Shown here one piece after another: positions 1-10,068 of a stretch of DNA of 25,864 nt. The first letter of the stretch is position 1. Every line of letters starts with the position of its first letter. The notes under the pieces were generated by a model. That model worked only from the letters and a program-made list of their open reading frames with translations. It ran no database searches and was not told the DNA's origin. Source of the DNA: a bacterium (GTDB taxonomy: Bacteria; Oederibacteriota; PGYV01; Palsa-1178); NCBI GenBank assembly GCA_037138355.1, contig JBAXIL010000024.1, positions 1 to 25,864 of the forward strand. The letters are read 5' to 3'. A program made the translations under genes and the position numbers.

Positions 1-539
1 TCTGCACCTGCAAAAGTTCTTATTCTCAGTATAGGTTTTATCACTTCTCTGTTTAATGTTTTGCTGTCAAGGTTTGCCAGTGGAATATGCGTATAGCTAT
101 GAACCCCCATGGTAATCATAGGATCTTTCAAATAATTTTGTAAGTCTTCAGGGGTGGCGTATTTTTCGCGGCGACCAATCACGGAAGGATATATAAATAA
201 GGTAACCGGCACAAACTGTTTATCGACTATTTTGTGTATATTGTCAAAAGATTTCCAGCCATCATCTAAGGTCACAAGAACACTGCTGTCTTTCAAATCA
301 TCTGCATCATATTTACTTTCAAATTCATCTAAGCTTATTATTGGTATATTCTTGCTTCGTATATACTTCATTTGCCATTCAAATACATCTGGAAGCGTAG
401 CATAGGTGTTTTTAAGGGAATAATCAAAGCTATGATAACAAAGTGTGACATTTTCAGCATAGGAAGTTAACGCGAAGGCAAGTGTAAAAATCGAAAGCAA
501 CAAGGCGTGTAATATTTTTTTATAAGATTTAATTTTCAT
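1..539 (-). CDS. Secreted polysaccharide deacetylase (CE4/NodB, IcaB/PgaB-like), 3' end runs off the window
   Basis: Not in the ORF track (no stop in window). Manual translation from ATG at 539: MKIKSYKKILHALLLSIFTLAFALTSYA (signal peptide)-ENVTLCYHSF...VLVTLDDGWKS...VTLFIYP...MGVHSYTHIPL. It has the CE4 motifs T(F/L)DDG and H(S/T)xxH. Confidence 0.88.
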   Translation of the reverse strand, partial: MKIKSYKKILHALLLSIFTLAFALTSYAENVTLCYHSFDYSLKNTYATLPDVFEWQMKYIRSKNIPIISLDEFESKYDADDLKDSSVLVTLDDGWKSFDNIHKIVDKQFVPVTLFIYPSVIGRREKYATPEDLQNYLKDPMITMGVHSYTHIPLANLDSKTLNREVIKPILRIRTFAGA

Positions 540-591
540 TGATTTTCCTTCAATACTGACTTTGTTTTCGAAATTTTTGAGCAATTATTAT

Positions 592-628
592 TAAAAAAAC
601 TAAGCCCTGGTTTTCACCAGGGCTTTTT
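592..628 (-). terminator. Rho-independent terminator of the atp operon (possibly bidirectional)
   Basis: Perfect 10-bp stem 602-611/616-625. Minus strand reads AAGCCCTGGT-GAAA-ACCAGGGCTT then AGTTTTTTT, 14 nt after the atpC stop. A T-run also follows on the plus strand. Confidence 0.88.
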
Positions 629-639
629 ATTAATCATTT

Positions 640-1065
640 TTATTTTTTTCTGCGTCCTAAAATTTCATTTGCCCTAAGTCTGGCAATTTCTCTTGCTAAA
701 GTCACCTGTATCATATCATAGTCCACATCTTTACGATCTTTTGTTTTAAGCAGTTTTTCTTTTTCTTCTTTTCTGCGTTTTAAGGTTTCTAAATCTACTT
801 CTCCTGCTCGTTCTGCTGACTCTACCAAAAGCACTATCTTTTCTCTTGTCACTTCTATATAGCCACCAGAGACAGCCAGCATATCTTTCTCTCCGTTTTC
901 TTTAACTATGGTGACCACGCCTGGCTCTAAAGCCGTAGCAAAAGCAGCATGTTCAGGCAATACTCCAAACTCTCCGTCAGTACCAGGCGCGGTGAGTTCT
1001 TTTATTTTGCCTTCAAATATTCTTTTCTCTGGAGTCACTATGTCTATGTTCATTAATTTTGCCAT
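640..1065 (-). CDS. atpC: F1Fo ATP synthase epsilon subunit
   Basis: IVTPE...APGTDGEFGVLPEH...AVSGGYIEV motifs; last gene of the atp operon. Confidence 0.97.
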   Translation of the reverse strand: MAKLMNIDIVTPEKRIFEGKIKELTAPGTDGEFGVLPEHAAFATALEPGVVTIVKENGEKDMLAVSGGYIEVTREKIVLLVESAERAGEVDLETLKRRKEEKEKLLKTKDRKDVDYDMIQVTLAREIARLRANEILGRRKK

Positions 1066-1076
1066 TTTATTCCGCC

Positions 1077-2543
<1,467 letters not shown>

Positions 2544-2564
2544 TCAATCCGATAAATTGTTTTT

Positions 2565-3416
2565 TTACTTTATGGCTTCTGCGCCTGAAACTATCTCAAG
2601 TATTTCCTTTGTAATTTGCGCCTGTCTTGTTTTATTAGCAAGCAAAGTAAGCGCCCTTATCATATCTTTAGCATTATTAGTTGCCATTTCCATGGAAACC
2701 ATTCTCACACCCTGCTCTGAGGTTTGACTTTCTAAAATCGCCCTATATAGCTGCGTCTTTACATAACGCAAAAGCAAAGCATTTAAAACTTCTGTTTCTC
2801 CTGGCTCATATATATAATCTCTATTTGCAACTTTTTTTGCTTCAAAAACAACTGGAGCAAGCTGCTTTTTTACTATTTTTTGCATAAGCGAAGTTTGAAA
2901 CTCACTATATATCATGGTAACTTTTGAGTATTTTGCTGCGATATAATTTTTTAACATTTCGCCGCTTATTTCTTCAATATCTATCCAGCTTATATTCTTA
3001 TCATTAAATTTGAACTTTTCAATTTCAAGTCCAAGTTTTTTAAAAGCATCCAAACCTTTTTTTCCTACTATAAAAAGACTGATATCTGGATTTTCTTTAT
3101 ACTTTATCATGGCTTCTTTTACTAAGTTGGTATTAAAGCTTCCGCACAAGCCCTTGTCCGCAGTAATTAAAACTAATGCTTCTCTTTTTACGCTTTTATT
3201 TTCCTTAAGCAGTGGATATTTTACTGTTTCATTTTTAACATTAACAATCAGCTCATCTATGACTTCAGCAATTTTGGAAGAATAAGGTCTGGCAGCTAAA
3301 ATACGGTCTTGGGACTTTCTTAGCTTAGCCGCAGACACCATTTTCATGGCTTTCGTTATCTGCTGTATATTTCCCGCACTCTTTATTCTTTTTTTTATCG
3401 CTCTTAATGTTGCCAT
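2565..3416 (-). CDS. atpG: F1Fo ATP synthase gamma subunit
   Basis: QITKAMKMVSAAK, DKGLCGSFN, RQAQITKEILEIVSGA. Confidence 0.98.
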   Translation of the reverse strand: MATLRAIKKRIKSAGNIQQITKAMKMVSAAKLRKSQDRILAARPYSSKIAEVIDELIVNVKNETVKYPLLKENKSVKREALVLITADKGLCGSFNTNLVKEAMIKYKENPDISLFIVGKKGLDAFKKLGLEIEKFKFNDKNISWIDIEEISGEMLKNYIAAKYSKVTMIYSEFQTSLMQKIVKKQLAPVVFEAKKVANRDYIYEPGETEVLNALLLRYVKTQLYRAILESQTSEQGVRMVSMEMATNNAKDMIRALTLLANKTRQAQITKEILEIVSGAEAIK

Positions 3417-3447
3417 AAAACCACCTTTGTATTTATACTTTCAAACT

Positions 3448-4956
3448 TTATTTTTTGTAATACTCTTTAAAATCAGTTATGGCTTTATCAATTTTTTTCT
3501 TAAGCTCGTCAGTCAAAGTTTGCTTTTCCTTAATTTCTGCTTTTAATTCTCTATGTCCAGAATCTAAAAACTTCACAAGGGCTGCTTCAAACTTTCCTAC
3601 TTCTGCTACTTCCACATCATCTAAAAATCTATTCGTTGCAGCATATATAACTATTATCTGGTCTGCAATATCCATAGGCACATATTGTCCCTGTTTTAAT
3701 ATTTCTTCCATTCGACGCCCTAAGTTCAGCTGGTCCTGTGAAGATTTATCAAGTTCGGAACCAAACTGTGCAAAAGCCGCAAGCTCTCTATACTGCGCAA
3801 GGTCCATTTTTAATTTTCCTGCAACCTGTTTCATTGCTTTTGTCTGGGCATTTCCTCCGACGCGCGAAACTGATAAACCTACATTGATAGCAGGTCTGAT
3901 ACCTGCAAAGAAAAGATTGGCTTCTAAAAATATCTGTCCGTCAGTTATAGAAATAACATTGGTTGGAATATATGCAGAGATATCTCCTGCTTGAGTTTCA
4001 ATAATAGGAAGTGCAGTAAGAGAACCTCCACCTAACTTATCACTTAATTTAGAAGCTCTCTCCAATAGTCTGGAGTGAAGATAAAACACATCTCCTGGAT
4101 ATGCTTCGCGACCTGGTGGACGCCTAAGCAGAAGCGACATCTGTCTGTAAGCCACAGCATGTTTTGAAAGGTCATCATATATACACAAAACATGTTTGCC
4201 TTGATACTGGAACTCTTCTCCCATAGCGCAACCAGCATAAGGTGCGATATATAAAAGAGGTGATGGTTCTGAAGCTCCAGCAGAAACTACTATGGTATAT
4301 TTCATGGCTCCGTGTTCTTCAAGAGTTTTTACTACTTTAGCAACCGTTGACTGCTTTTGTCCTATAGCAACATAAATACAAATCACATCTCCGCCGCGCT
4401 GATTGATTATGGCATCCAGTGCTACAGCTGTTTTTCCTGTCTGTCTATCACCTATAATAAGTTCACGCTGTCCACGACCTATAGGAATCATAGCATCTAT
4501 GGCTTTAATACCTGTCTGCATTGGTTGCTTAACTGGATTTCTGTCAACAACTCCTGGGGCTCTTACTTCTACTGGTCTAAACTTTGTGGTATTAATCGGC
4601 CCTTTACCATCTAATGGCTGACCGAGTGGATCAACTACTCTTCCTATAAGTTCATCTCCGACAGGAACTGAAATAATCCTGCCTGTTCTTTTCACAGTAT
4701 CGCCTTCCTTAATACCTTTATCATCACCCATTAATACTACTCCGACATTATCCTTTTCCAAGTTGAGAGCGACGCCATATATGCCTCCTGGAAACTCCAA
4801 CAGCTCCATAGACATGACATTGTCTATGCCATATACACGAGCAATACCGTCTCCAACCTGTATTACCTGCCCTACTTCTGTTAACTCAACTTTTGCCTCA
4901 AACTTTTCCAGCTGGGCCTTTATTATATTCGTTATCTCTTCTGGTCTAATCTGCAT
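3448..4956 (-). CDS. atpA: F1Fo ATP synthase alpha subunit
   Basis: [40 protein letters not shown]. Confidence 0.99.
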   Translation of the reverse strand: MQIRPEEITNIIKAQLEKFEAKVELTEVGQVIQVGDGIARVYGIDNVMSMELLEFPGGIYGVALNLEKDNVGVVLMGDDKGIKEGDTVKRTGRIISVPVGDELIGRVVDPLGQPLDGKGPINTTKFRPVEVRAPGVVDRNPVKQPMQTGIKAIDAMIPIGRGQRELIIGDRQTGKTAVALDAIINQRGGDVICIYVAIGQKQSTVAKVVKTLEEHGAMKYTIVVSAGASEPSPLLYIAPYAGCAMGEEFQYQGKHVLCIYDDLSKHAVAYRQMSLLLRRPPGREAYPGDVFYLHSRLLERASKLSDKLGGGSLTALPIIETQAGDISAYIPTNVISITDGQIFLEANLFFAGIRPAINVGLSVSRVGGNAQTKAMKQVAGKLKMDLAQYRELAAFAQFGSELDKSSQDQLNLGRRMEEILKQGQYVPMDIADQIIVIYAATNRFLDDVEVAEVGKFEAALVKFLDSGHRELKAEIKEKQTLTDELKKKIDKAITDFKEYYKK

Positions 4957-4983
4957 TTCTTCCTCCTTGAAATTAAATCAATT

Positions 4984-5670
4984 TTATTTTTTAGATTTCT
5001 TTTTTATTTTCTTTACTGGTTTCTTTATTTTGCTTATTGTTTTTTTTATCGTAGTCTTTTTTACTGCTTTTTTCACTGTTTTTTTTGCTTTTGCTGGTTT
5101 TTGACTTTCTGTTATTATCTCATCCGAAATCCTCATAGCCGATAGATCGTTTTTCATGGACCTTAAAAACTGTATTACACTTGCATCCATTTGTTTCATT
5201 CTTTCTTTTATTATAATACCACCCAGTATTGCTGGATTTACTTTTGTATCAACTACAAGCTTCTTATCCATGGCCTTTTCAAGTTTGGCAATAAGATTTT
5301 CTTTTTCTTTTTCTTCAAGCTGATAGGCGGTCTCAATAGTTATTTTTTTCAATCCTGACAAATCATCCACCTTTTGAAAAAATGCTCCGCATATATCATT
5401 AAATATAGTTTCTCTTTTCTTTTCTACGAGCAAAAGCAATAATCTTAAAGTTAGCTTAGTAATTTTATCTCCAAACAGAGCCTTCAACATATCTTTTTTA
5501 TCGGTCTTTCCTATGCCAGGATGAAAAAGTATTTTTTTCAGTTGTTGATTACTATTTAAAATACCGCTTATGGACCTTAGCTCTTCTGTCACAGCGTGCA
5601 GAGATTTTGACTCTTCTGCTGCTTTAAACAGTGCCTCTGCGTATTTTGAAGGAAGTACCATATTTGCCAT
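4984..5670 (-). CDS. atpH: F1Fo ATP synthase delta subunit with Lys-rich C-terminal extension
   Basis: YAEALF...HPGI...VNPAILGGIII...DAS fits delta/OSCP, between atpF and atpA. Start placed at ATG 5670 (MANMVLP), behind an AGGAGA RBS and 10 nt after the atpF stop, rather than at the ORF-track 5700. Confidence 0.93.
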   Translation of the reverse strand: MANMVLPSKYAEALFKAAEESKSLHAVTEELRSISGILNSNQQLKKILFHPGIGKTDKKDMLKALFGDKITKLTLRLLLLLVEKKRETIFNDICGAFFQKVDDLSGLKKITIETAYQLEEKEKENLIAKLEKAMDKKLVVDTKVNPAILGGIIIKERMKQMDASVIQFLRSMKNDLSAMRISDEIITESQKPAKAKKTVKKAVKKTTIKKTISKIKKPVKKIKKKSKK

Positions 5671-5680
5671 TGTTTCTCCT

Positions 5681-6172
5681 TTAGTTTGAGGACTTGCCAA
5701 TATCTTTTAGATAATCAGTTACCATTGAGACCTGGTCTTTTTTGGATATGTTTTTCTTTATTGCTTTTTCTGCAGCCATCATAGATATATCCACGATTGC
5801 ATTTTTTACTGCCTCTATGGCTTTCTTTTTCTCAGTTTCTATTTCTGCTTTTGCTTCTACCAGAAGTTTGGTGCCTTCTGTTTTGGCTTCATTGAGAATT
5901 GATTCTTTTATCTTTTCACCATCTGCTACGGCTTTATTCAAAGCAGCAGCTGAGTGTGCATGCATTTCCTGTACCTGTTTTTCATAATCAGTTTTCATAG
6001 TCGCCATATCTGCCTTATCTTTTTCCACTTTATCTAAGCTGTTTTTAATATACAAATCACGCTGTGATAAAGTGTTGAGCAGTGGGGTAATCATCATTTT
6101 CCACACAAATATCATACCCACAACAAAAGTTATAAACTGGACAAGGACTATCTGCCATTCTACTGTAACCAT
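5681..6172 (-). CDS. atpF: F1Fo ATP synthase subunit b
   Basis: N-terminal TM helix followed by a long charged coiled-coil; between atpE and atpH; GGAGG RBS. Confidence 0.95.
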   Translation of the reverse strand: MVTVEWQIVLVQFITFVVGMIFVWKMMITPLLNTLSQRDLYIKNSLDKVEKDKADMATMKTDYEKQVQEMHAHSAAALNKAVADGEKIKESILNEAKTEGTKLLVEAKAEIETEKKKAIEAVKNAIVDISMMAAEKAIKKNISKKDQVSMVTDYLKDIGKSSN

Positions 6173-6239
6173 TGTATTACCTCCATTTGTAAGTGCTAAG
6201 CTAATATAATTTTGCCAAGCTATATTTCTATGAGTTCGC

Positions 6240-6259
6240 GCGGGCTTTTTATAGCCCGC
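6240..6259 (-). promoter_or_regulatory. Intra-operon stem-loop 3' of atpE, without U-tract
   Basis: GCGGGCT (6240-6246) / AGCCCGC (6253-6259) perfect 7-bp GC-rich stem, 8 nt after the atpE stop. Confidence 0.6.
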
Positions 6260-6267
6260 CTTATAAA

Positions 6268-6669
<402 letters not shown>

Positions 6670-6676
6670 TTATATA

Positions 6677-7459
6677 TTAATGCTTTGCTTTTTCGTGAGT
6701 ATCCTGAGTATCGTGTTCATCATGTGAGACCACTGCCCCTGCCATATAGGTTGCCGCAAGCAGTGTAAATACGCCTGCCTGAATAACGCTGACTAAAACT
6801 CCTAACAAAACTATTGCAGGTCTTAAAAATGCCGCTACTCCAAAAATTATTCCTGAAATAGCATCTTTGTAAAACACTGGCCAAAAAGTTAAAATCAAAG
6901 TTACCAACACACCTAAAAGAATTTCTTTTGCTAATATGTTTCCAAATAACCTAAAAGAAAGCGAAACTGGTCTTGAGATATCAGACAAGAGTTCTACAAT
7001 AGCAAGAAATGGTTTTATGAGTACTGGAATATCTGGACCGCCAAAATAATGTGCAAAAAACTTAACTGGACCCTTGCGTGTCAAACCCTCAAACCAGGTA
7101 TAAACCCAAACTGACAGAGCCAGTGTAACGGTCACAGAAAGTGATGAGGTTGGAGATACCAGACCAGGTACAAGACCAAGCAGATTTCCAACAAGGATAT
7201 AAAAGAAAAGCATAACAAGCATAGGATAATAACGAGGAGCGTCTTTTTCGCCGATTATAGAATCAGCATAATTGCAAACATACATAACAGCCCATTCCAC
7301 CAAATTTTGCGGGCCAGTCGGTCTCATAGTTCTTTTACTTGTGCCGAGTCCGACTATAAGCATGACTATGAGCATATCCAAAAAAATCATAATAACAGTC
7401 ATAGTATCTTTCGGATTCAATCCAAAAAGTGAAAAATGCAGTTCAAGTGCTTCTTTCAT
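6677..7459 (-). CDS. atpB: F1Fo ATP synthase subunit a
   Basis: PTGPQNLVE, NLLGLVPG..SPT, SRPVSLSFRLFGN (essential Arg), IQAGVFTLL. Confidence 0.97.
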   Translation of the reverse strand: MKEALELHFSLFGLNPKDTMTVIMIFLDMLIVMLIVGLGTSKRTMRPTGPQNLVEWAVMYVCNYADSIIGEKDAPRYYPMLVMLFFYILVGNLLGLVPGLVSPTSSLSVTVTLALSVWVYTWFEGLTRKGPVKFFAHYFGGPDIPVLIKPFLAIVELLSDISRPVSLSFRLFGNILAKEILLGVLVTLILTFWPVFYKDAISGIIFGVAAFLRPAIVLLGVLVSVIQAGVFTLLAATYMAGAVVSHDEHDTQDTHEKAKH

Positions 7460-7485
7460 TGTTCCGCCTTTTTATATTTCATTTA

Positions 7486-7839
7486 TTAGCCGTTTACTTT
7501 ATGAGCCAAAAGTATTGCTACCACACAAAGAGTAAAACCAACAATAAAACCTGGTACAGAGTAGTAATTTGCTGCCATTACCACCGCGGCTATTATAAAT
7601 GCCGCCAAAATCAATCTTGCAAAATAAAAGAAAACCGCTGCCATTACTTTACCAGAAGCGGCACCACCTGTACTTAATATTCTTTTTACTGATTGAGCAA
7701 TCAAAAAATAATTCAATAATCCTGTAAGATAACCAGCAATTATGCCTCTGCCTAACTTATTATCAATAAAAAAAACTACCACTCCCAAAACTATGGCTAT
7801 TACGCCCGATAGTACAAGCGTCTTATTTCTTGTTTGCAT
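7486..7839 (-). CDS. atpI: ATP synthase protein I (4-TM AtpI-like)
   Basis: Four hydrophobic segments with GLLNY and FARL patterns, directly upstream of atpB. Start taken as ATG 7839 (MQTRNK), overlapping the previous gene's end; the alternative is 7869. Confidence 0.78.
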   Translation of the reverse strand: MQTRNKTLVLSGVIAIVLGVVVFFIDNKLGRGIIAGYLTGLLNYFLIAQSVKRILSTGGAASGKVMAAVFFYFARLILAAFIIAAVVMAANYYSVPGFIVGFTLCVVAILLAHKVNG

Positions 7840-8044
7840 TGATACCAAACTTATAGAACATGTAAACAAAGCCTGCTATTATTCCAAGAAGCAAGCATAT
7901 AATAGTAAAGAGCGGTTTTAAACCTGTCCATTTATCTAAAAGTAAACCTGAACCCAAACCAGCAAAGGTACAAAGGACAAGAGTAAAACCCAATGAACCT
8001 AACTGCCCAAAGGTACGCCATATTTCTTTTTTATCTTCAATCAT
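7823..8044 (-). CDS. AtpZ/AtpQ-type 'ATP synthase gene 1' small membrane protein
   Basis: LGSLGFTLV...GLLLDKWTGLKPLFTIICLLLGIIAGF matches the GxxLDxxxxxxPxF...G pattern; upstream of atpI/atpB. Confidence 0.85.
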   Translation of the reverse strand: MIEDKKEIWRTFGQLGSLGFTLVLCTFAGLGSGLLLDKWTGLKPLFTIICLLLGIIAGFVYMFYKFGINANKK

Positions 8045-8053
8045 AAAGTCCGC

Positions 8054-8536
8054 CTACTCTTTATAATTCGAAAAATCAGACGGCTTTACATCTTTTAAGA
8101 ACTCTTTAAATTCTTTCATTTCTTTCTCATACTTAACCTTATCCATTATCGTAGCTTCCATGATAACCTGTTCAGAAACAAATATCTCTGCATTGAAACG
8201 CAAAGCAAGTGCAATTGCGTCTGATGGCCGTGAATCTATGTCAAACTTTTTGCCATCCTTAATAAGATGAATTTTAGCAAAAAAAGTATTATTGATAATT
8301 TCGTGAATCGATACTCTTTCCAACTGTACCTCAAACATTTCAAGCATAGTTTTCATAAGATCATGCGTCATAGGTCTTGGAACTTCTATATTTTCCATAG
8401 AAACAAGTATGGCATCCGCTTCATAAACACCAATCCATATTGGCAGAAAGCGCGTTTCTTCCTTGTCTGACAAAATAACAACTGGCATTTTAGAAGTGCT
8501 GTCAATCGCAAGTCCATTAACTTTCATTTCAATCAT
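8054..8536 (-). CDS. Bifunctional nuclease family protein (DUF151/BFN)
   Basis: LPIWIGVYEA, PRPMTHDL, IDSRPSDAIALA, C-terminal FLKDVKPSDF. Confidence 0.93.
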   Translation of the reverse strand: MIEMKVNGLAIDSTSKMPVVILSDKEETRFLPIWIGVYEADAILVSMENIEVPRPMTHDLMKTMLEMFEVQLERVSIHEIINNTFFAKIHLIKDGKKFDIDSRPSDAIALALRFNAEIFVSEQVIMEATIMDKVKYEKEMKEFKEFLKDVKPSDFSNYKE

Positions 8537-8597
8537 ATACTATTACTCCTCTTAACTCTCTAATAAAACTATTCACAACCAAAACACTGTTTCACAA

Positions 8598-8633
8598 TAC
8601 ACAAAAATAAGAGCGGCCTCAATTAACCGCTCT
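8598..8633 (-). promoter_or_regulatory. Leader hairpin with U-rich tail between the promoter and the DUF151/atp operon
   Basis: Minus strand reads AGAGCGG-TTAATTGAGG-CCGCTCT-TATTTTTGTG (arms 8627-8633 and 8610-8616). Confidence 0.55.
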
Positions 8634-8644
8634 GCTTTCGAGAT

Positions 8645-8673
8645 ATTATTCTACTTTTAACTTCAAATGTCAA
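8645..8673 (-). promoter_or_regulatory. Putative sigma70 promoter of the DUF151-atp operon
   Basis: TTGACA (8673-8668), 17-nt spacer, AATAAT (8650-8645). Confidence 0.65.
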
Positions 8674-8883
8674 ACGGTTTTTTAAAAAAACAAAAAGCAA
8701 ACAAAACCCCACTAAAATAGTGCCTTTTGTTAAAATCACAGGCAGTTTTGCTCTCATAATAACATATACAAAGTTCATGCTTTATTGCCTTACCGAAAAG
8801 TACATTCATAAGGAAGAAAAAATCTATACCGAAGGATTACAAAAACTGTTATTTATATCAATCATACTTGGGGACTAAAATGT

Positions 8884-10068
8884 TTAGCTATAATCCGCAT
8901 TAATCTTGACATAGTCATAAGATAGATCTGTCGTTAAAAGATAACAGTAATATTTCCCGTTTGCGAGATTTAAATCAACTTCTATGCGGCGTTTTTTTAG
9001 CTCTTTTTCAATCATTTTATAGTTTTTTTCCTGCATTTTGCCACCAATAATAATGGCCTTGCCATTAAATTTTAAAGTTATTTTTTCTGCATTAAAGTTT
9101 TCAAAAGTTTGACCTGCTGCACTGATAATGCGTCCTGGATTTAAGGACTGTCCAAAAAAAGCTGTTTTTACCAACTGTGAATTTGCAATTTGCCTTGCCA
9201 CCCGCTCTGCTTGAATCTGCGTTTTCGCACCACTTACATTAAGCTTAATAAATTTGGTAGCCCCTTCCCCGTCTAAAACCATATCTTCAGCAATAGAGTA
9301 AAATACACGGCAGAAAGCATTTTTTATTTTTAGATAATCCGCTGTCTTTGAAATTATCTTTTTATTTTCTGCAGCGCCATTTGCAAGCACATATACTGTG
9401 TCATTTGGACTCATATCACCATCTACTGTTATCCTATTAAATGTGTTTTCTACGGCCTCAAAGGTCGCCTGCTTTAATAATGTTTTATCAATATTCGCAT
9501 CAGTCATAGCAAAGACAAGCATGGTTGCCATAGTTGGAGATATCATGCCAGCACCTTTACCAACTGCAGTGATAGTTACTTTTTTTCCATTTATGTTAAT
9601 TATTTCTGAAGCATATTTTTCTGTCACATCTGTTGTCATAATTGCTTTTGGAAAAACGGAATCATGAGTAGAAAGTTTGTCAACCAGTATAGGCATAACC
9701 TTGAGCACTTTAGCAACAGGTATACGCTTGCTTATTTTTCCTGTCGCAGCAGCAAGGATTTGATTTGGTTTTAAGTTCAGATTAATAGAAACTGCTTTTA
9801 GTATGTCTTTTAGATCTTGAAAGCCGGCCTTTCCAGTTAAAGCATTGGCACTTCCGCTGTTTGCAAAGACAGCATGAATTTTTCCATTTATTATTTTTTT
9901 TGCTTCTAATATGTGAACGCTCTTTAAAGTATTTTTTGTAAAAAAACCAACTGCTGCGCATGGCTCTGCAGAATAAATAAGCCCCACATCATTTTTTTTT
10001 GTATTTTTTATTCCCGCACTAAGTCCCGCACTTGCAAAACCTATTGGCAGGATATATGTTTTTTTCAT
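8884..10068 (-). CDS. argJ: Ornithine acetyltransferase / N-acetylglutamate synthase ArgJ
   Basis: NSGSANALTG, AIMTTD, KGAGMISPTMATML (autocleavage A|T), ITVDGD, DGEGATK, SQLVKTA. Confidence 0.93.
   Translation of the reverse strand: MKKTYILPIGFASAGLSAGIKNTKKNDVGLIYSAEPCAAVGFFTKNTLKSVHILEAKKIINGKIHAVFANSGSANALTGKAGFQDLKDILKAVSINLNLKPNQILAAATGKISKRIPVAKVLKVMPILVDKLSTHDSVFPKAIMTTDVTEKYASEIININGKKVTITAVGKGAGMISPTMATMLVFAMTDANIDKTLLKQATFEAVENTFNRITVDGDMSPNDTVYVLANGAAENKKIISKTADYLKIKNAFCRVFYSIAEDMVLDGEGATKFIKLNVSGAKTQIQAERVARQIANSQLVKTAFFGQSLNPGRIISAAGQTFENFNAEKITLKFNGKAIIIGGKMQEKNYKMIEKELKKRRIEVDLNLANGKYYCYLLTTDLSYDYVKINADYS

Noticed and set aside
6677..6730. His/acidic C-terminal tail of subunit a (HDEHDTQDTHEKAKH)
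   Set aside because: Short His/Glu-rich tails are common on AtpB.
8701..8730. Imperfect palindrome ACAAAA..CACTA-AAA-TAGTG..TTTTGT upstream of the atp promoter
   Set aside because: Could be an operator or a weak argJ terminator, but it is AT-rich and interrupted; not distinguishable from chance.
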